Of a stretch of 64,000 nucleotides of DNA, positions 58,497 to 64,000 are shown in pieces. Within the stretch, counting starts at the first letter, position 1; the number at the start of each line of letters is the position of its first letter. Source of the stretch: Fistulifera solaris (taxonomy: Eukaryota); assembly GCA_030295235.1 (NCBI GenBank), contig AP026162.1:1302001-1366000 (forward strand), in the 5' to 3' direction. The position numbers and the translations under genes are program-made. Under the pieces are notes generated by a model, which saw nothing but the letters and a program-made list of their open reading frames with translations, did not search any database and was not told the DNA's origin.

Positions 58497-61205
58497 TTAA
58501 GAGCTAGCCTCCTTAATAATCTGTTTGAAAGAATACGGAGCGAACCTAATACCATCAGCCTTGAAGAACTTATTTTGGAACTCAACCCAGTGCAATCGTA
58601 GAGCATGCAAAAAGCATTCTAGCACATCCATCATCAGTAGCACACCAAACGTCACGCCAGCAAAGACACCGTAACCAAGGAAGGTTGCGAAGAAATTCAT
58701 GTTTAATGTAGTCAACATTGCCTTTTCCCAAAAGACAGTGGCGAGCTCAGAGTGAGCCAACGACAACGCCCAGAGACGGAGATAAGATGCTGTGTTGGAA
58801 ACCATACCAAGCACGAACTCAATAGTTTCAATAGCTTGGTGAATAAGAATTTCGCCGAATCCATGTTCCTCGTGCTCATCGTGCTCTTCTTCGTCGCCAT
58901 CACCGTGATGAGCTGCGGAGTGACTTGCTTGTGACATCAAATATGGTTTTGCCAACAGCAGAATGGGAACTGAAGCAAATGCCAACATGAGAAGAATGTT
59001 TTGGATAGGACCTTGTCCAGCGTACATTGGTTCGTCGACAACGCCAGGCATCAAAGCGATATTGATCAGTGTCGTAATTAGGTTGGGAGGTTGGCAACCA
59101 TCACCTGATCCACCATAATTGAGTGGACAAAGCGTTGCTGTATTGTCGTTACCTGTGCAAGGGTAGCCCCATGGAGTGCACAAGCCTGTATCAGACTCGC
59201 ATTCGGTCCACACTCCATCGTAGTCCGGTGATCCCCAACCTTCACTTCCAGGAGCAAGACAAGTTGCCGAAAGCATTCGTGAATTCCAGTTGGCTGCCCA
59301 TTTGTAAAAAATTAAAAAGACCATGTAGATAAACAGTGATGATGCAAAAACAACCATTGGCAAAAACTCATACATGAAATCCAGCTTTTGTCCGAAGTAA
59401 AGAGCGTTCGCTCCCTTCAGCAGAGTACCACCAAACATCTGCACGATGCCAAAGATGACAGAAAGCTTCATCTTGAATGAGTTAAAGAAAAGAAGTTCGT
59501 TGGAGGCAACATGCCACATCGGGTCGAGACCGAAGGGATAGACAGCTTCTTCAGATCCATAGTTAGCAGTCATTTCAGCAACGTCTCCCTCTTCCACACC
59601 ATTCTCGGTGTCGAACGACCAACGAGTACCGAAAAGGTTCAAGCCTAACGAAAACATATCGTTGTAAATCAATCCAGCGTAAACAGCGAAGAAACCCATC
59701 ATAGTAATCATGTAGCGACCAGTGTGCATACCCTCGGCCATTTCTGAAAGCTTGGAGTTTTCATTGGCCTTTTCGTTCCAAAGCAGGTAAAGCCCGGCGC
59801 AGAACAGGAACATACCGTGACCAACGTCTCCATACATGACTCCGAACAAGAAGGGGAATGTGGCTGCAGTAAACAATGCGGGGTTGGCTTCTCGGTAGCG
59901 CGGGATACCGTACGTGTTGACGAACTCCTGGTATCCGTACGTGAATTTGTTTGTGATAAAATGCGTCGGCGGTGTCGGCCAAGGCTGTGCGACAAAGTCG
60001 ACAAGGGAGGGCATGGCCAAGTCCATGTTCGAGTGGGCCCGTTCGACAGCATCACGGACAGCATCGTACGATTCGGAAATTACCCAGCCTTCTCCACGCA
60101 GCATACCCGAGACATCGGCCTTGAACATGTTCAGCGAGTGATACACAGCTTTTTCGCGCAAAACAGTCCACGTCCAACGTTCGGCGTGTTTTGATAACAT
60201 CTGGCAAAGACGGTATCGTGTATCCTGGTTCTTGAGGAGAACCGTGCGCGAGTCAACCAGCTCCTGAGCGTTCTCCGACAACATCTTTTCGACGGAAGCA
60301 GCATCGTCCATGTCCGGAAGCGAATAGCGGTGAGCAGAGAATGCGTCGCAAATCTTCTTCAACTTGAGCTCGATGCTCTCACTTTTGTAGAAGATAATAA
60401 AGACCGATTTCTCTACCAAGAGCCCGGTTTCCGGGTCGGCTACCGGTTGTTCGATCGGGGCGAAACGCACGTAGCAATTTCCGCGAGTAGCTCGAAAGAT
60501 CATGCGCTCAAAGCGAGTCTTTTCCTCGGACACGATAACACCGGTGATCGACGAAAAGCGCATATCCAGATCAGGGCGGGGAGCATTGTCATATTTGAGG
60601 AGTCCTTCTTCGTATTCTCCTCGTCCTGTGGTCATTTCCGATACAGCTAGGCGAGGAGCATCGCTCAGAAAAAAGCGACGAGCCTTTTCCAGCACTTCTT
60701 GCAACTCGATTTTCTCGTTGTACTCGGTAGTGAGCTTTTCGGAAAAGTTGATCAACTCTCGCAATTGGGTTTCATATCCTTCAATTTCCGCTTCCAGACT
60801 CTCGAGCAACTGCGATCCACTCTTCTTCGCTCCGTCAGCTGAACTGTATCTAGAAGAGTTCACAAAGTCGTCGACCGTTCCTGGCGACACAAGCTCAAGC
60901 TCAAATTTCTCAATCTCACCGACAAAGAAGCGCAACTTTCGCTCGAGTTCATCGCAACGTTTCACGTAAGAGACGTAACGACGCTGAAAGGGAGTCAAAT
61001 CGGGGTTCAACTGCAGAAAAATAATATATTTAAGAAATCATTGAAGGACGAATGCAACGTACAAGGATGAACAAGAGCGACTACGTACGTCTGTGAATTG
61101 AATTACACCAAGATTGCCGAGATCAGCGAGACAATCATGAGCCGCGTCTTCGTTCACAATCAAGGAGATATACTCCATTGGCTCGGAACGGAACCATCGA
61201 GCCAT
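58497..61205 (-). CDS. V-type H+-ATPase subunit a (copy 2); intron 61011-61088
   Basis: Exon 1 MARWFRSEPM...QFTD splices to ORF 58497-61010. All subunit-a motifs are intact. Confidence 0.96.
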
Positions 61206-61811
61206 TTTTCTCTTTCCTTTGATATGCTACGACGATAACAAGCCAAAGAGAGAGCAACGGGTATTGGCGAAATGATAATAGGTCCGCGTCTTTGCGAGCG
61301 ACGAGGTTTGTGAACGGCCATAAAGAAAGGTGCGGCGGTGGGCGAGAAAGCGTTCAATAAGCGAGAGAGCGAGTTTCAAATCCGTTAAACAGTTCACAGC
61401 AGTGTCAGAGCGGACGGGCGATATCTATTTTTCTATTACTAGCAGCATTGCTTTTCGAGCTGCTATTTCGTCTAAGTATTCGCAATAGTACTACGGTTCT
61501 TGTCGCAGAAACTTTGATCACATAAGCGTAATGGAATATGCGTTTTCTTTCGCTCTTAGCTACTTCATGATGATGAGGTCTCCGTTGACCCGTACTAAGC
61601 GTTAAATGTCCGTTACCCGTTACGCTATTGCGGGGTTATAAGGGTGCGCGGTAAGATAAGGGTGTGTACACGTAAAATCAGAGTGCAAGTACCGTTACGA
61701 TGTTTAGCAGCACAACTTACTTTGCACCTTTTGCACCGCAAGCAGAAGCGGGGACGGAGCATGTATCTTTGGCTTCATTATCCCGTAACATTCCCTAACT
61801 CACTTTTAAAA

Positions 61812-63002
61812 ATGGGTCTCTTCAAGACTTTACTCGACACCAGTTCGAGTCGGGTTGAGGCCGAAAACGCGGAAAAGCCCTCCACCACTTCGGCGCTGTC
61901 TCTGCCTTCCGTCGTCTTGCTTTACACGGACCAACCACTGGGTTTTCTCGGATCTTCGACACCTTCGTTCGCTCACCTTACTTTTCAAGCCGTGTGTACC
62001 ACGGCGGAAGAATCAGAAACAACCACTGTGGGCTTACGAGTGAAACAAACCGTCGAATCCGTACCGGACTTGGGCGTGTGGAACGTGCGAATTTCAAAAC
62101 GATTGAGCGACTCTTTGATGAGCATTCCTTCGAAAAATTGTTCATCCTACTGCTGGAAAGTCGACATGTCGAATGCTTCGTCAGTCGAACCGACGTTGAC
62201 ATCGTTGCAAGAGACTCTCGTGCGCTATTTGATTCAAACGTCCGACACGCATGTCCCACCCGAGACGCCCACCGCCACAACTACCTTGTATCAGCTGCGA
62301 TCCGTACAGTTCGGCTTAGCAGCAGAAGATAATGATGGCAAGAATGTGTCGGCCGCGCCGGATGAAAACGATCGACATATTAAAGTATCGCTGCAAATTG
62401 TTGCCGTGTGGCCAAGCTCGGATCCAAACCTTTCCGATGAGGAATCGTTTCTTCGGCAACAAACGACAGCGTTGTTATATTACCATCTTCGACGTTTCGC
62501 TGCAGCTCTAAATGCCACACTGGTATTCGTGGGAAAACAGGAATCCAGTGTACAACTTTGTTTGTCTGTACCACAAGTAGCACGAGTGTTGAAAGCTTGG
62601 GCGGAGGGATCCTGTGTCTGGGATTCGAAGGTTTGGACTGAGGTATTGGAAATTGAGACCTCTGAGGAGAAAGAAGACGACAACGCTCTCATTTACGGTC
62701 CTGGAATGCATAATACTGAATGGATTGAGAGCGTTCTGCTTCGTAACGCTAGTTATCCCGGCCACTGGGATGCAACCAAGGAGTCTGTGTGGAAGATATT
62801 ACCGGCACCTCTCCCAGATGACACTTCTAACAAAAGAGTGGTTACTAAGGGAACAGGTGATGAGAGTTGGCTGCAAGAACTTCGTGATTCCATTGCCTTG
62901 CCAGTAGAAGCGGCAGCGACTCCCCGAAAACCAGTGACGACTGCATCTGAAAGCAAGACACCCGATGTATCGGATTACTTCGCGAGCCTATTAAAGACGT
63001 AG
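61812..63002 (+). CDS. Hypothetical protein, weakly dynein light intermediate chain-like
   Basis: YHLRRFAAALNATLVFV, DESWLQEL and terminal DVSDYFASLLK resemble DLIC motifs. ATG at 61812. Confidence 0.5.
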   Translation: MGLFKTLLDTSSSRVEAENAEKPSTTSALSLPSVVLLYTDQPLGFLGSSTPSFAHLTFQAVCTTAEESETTTVGLRVKQTVESVPDLGVWNVRISKRLSDSLMSIPSKNCSSYCWKVDMSNASSVEPTLTSLQETLVRYLIQTSDTHVPPETPTATTTLYQLRSVQFGLAAEDNDGKNVSAAPDENDRHIKVSLQIVAVWPSSDPNLSDEESFLRQQTTALLYYHLRRFAAALNATLVFVGKQESSVQLCLSVPQVARVLKAWAEGSCVWDSKVWTEVLEIETSEEKEDDNALIYGPGMHNTEWIESVLLRNASYPGHWDATKESVWKILPAPLPDDTSNKRVVTKGTGDESWLQELRDSIALPVEAAATPRKPVTTASESKTPDVSDYFASLLKT

Positions 63003-63021
63003 GAAATGAAATAATAGGTTT

Positions 63022-64000
63022 TTAGTAATGAACATACTCCAGCGCTAACCATGTGAGGACTCTGACGAATACCAAGATGCCACCGAGGACTAATCCGTTC
63101 CTTATGATGTTGTCCTCGGAAAATTCACCACCAAAAAAGCTGTCGATATAATCAGAAGTAGATCCAATGCAAACAGCGTTGCTAGCATCGTCGCATATTC
63201 CTTTCGCTACAAGATAGTCGTAGAATTCACTGGTAGTATCGGCCACCACAGTTCCGTCGATCGTTCGATACAATGCCATCACCAAGCCCTCATATACATA
63301 ACGACCCGGCGTTATACTGTACGGCACTTCAAAGAATGTTCCAACCATGAACTGAGGGCGAACGATCAAGCCAGAGAAGAAGTTGTTCAAGCCTATGTAC
63401 ACGCTGGATAATACAAATGCTGTTTGGGGTGACTGTACTAAACAAACAAAAGCTTGTCCAATGTATGAATAGATAGCGAGATTCAATGTAAAGAAACCCT
63501 GAGCAATCGGAATGAGTTAGACTCTTCATATAAAAATCAACAGGACAAAGCATTGACGTACCCAAAACCCAGCGGAGAAAGCGGCGTTGTTTATGTGGGA
63601 TGACGATAAAAAAATAGCTGTGAAGATTGCACCGCCGGCGACAATGAACCATTTTTCTGCCACACCTAGAGCTATCCCGATTGCCTTACTTCCGTACATA
63701 CCCGAATTGGCGTGCCGGCGAAACATCATTTTGATATCTTGCATGACGGGCAATACGGAAACAATTGACATGATACCTGTGATGATAAAGGAAAGAAAGA
63801 TAACGGAGAGCCGAGCTCTCATTTCAATTTCTGTGAACTGGGTACGACGCCAGTTCCACAAGAAGACCGACCCGAGGACAAATGCGATGATAGCGGAGAC
63901 AGATAGACGTGTGAGATTGTATGTTGGAGACCTCCAGTAAATTGTGCGTAGTCGGGCGTTCACTAATTCTTCTCTTTGAACCTGCGAAACCGCATATTCA
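63022..64000 (-). CDS. ABCG/PDR-type ABC transporter, C-terminal membrane domain (5' part outside the window); intron 63499-63561
   Basis: YWRSPTYNLTR, RRHANSGMY, FFSGLIVRP, PGRYVYEGL. The GTACGT...CTCAG intron is in frame. Confidence 0.9.

Noticed and set aside
1..64000. tRNA, rRNA or telomeric repeats; the many antisense/overlapping ORFs in the track
   Set aside because: No cloverleaf, rRNA or telomere-type sequence was recognised by eye (tRNAscan-SE/Infernal would be decisive). The overlapping ORFs are shadows of real genes.

Overview
Gene-dense eukaryotic nuclear DNA from a diatom-like stramenopile alga. This is inferred from short GT-AG introns (about 60-190 nt), an LHC/FCP protein with an ASAAAFAP bipartite plastid signal, and delta-9 desaturases. 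About 35 protein genes can be supported, including a RibD-type reductase, a metallophosphoesterase, a prephenate dehydratase-arogenate dehydrogenase fusion, a nucleus-encoded Cox1 C-terminal fragment (Cox1-c), an RNase HI-like protein, PUS7/TruD, NDUFA13, a TrhO-like rhodanese, two V-ATPase subunit a paralogues, two delta-9 desaturases, a TrmB-like methyltransferase, Rit1, LCMT1, an S1/P1 nuclease, an RRM-RapZ-C fusion and a partial ABCG transporter. About a dozen single-base frameshifts, almost all in homopolymer runs, look like assembly errors. Non-coding structure is rich: two related CCAGAAAAT(G/C)TGG minisatellites (6.0 and 29.0 kb), a ~420-bp tandem duplication, a drifting heptamer-stutter tract, a ~235-bp satellite of about 5.5 copies, and a foldback/MITE-like element built from palindromic GAGAAAATTTCTC units. 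No CRISPR array, tRNA or rRNA could be supported. All homology calls are from motif recognition by eye, not database searches.
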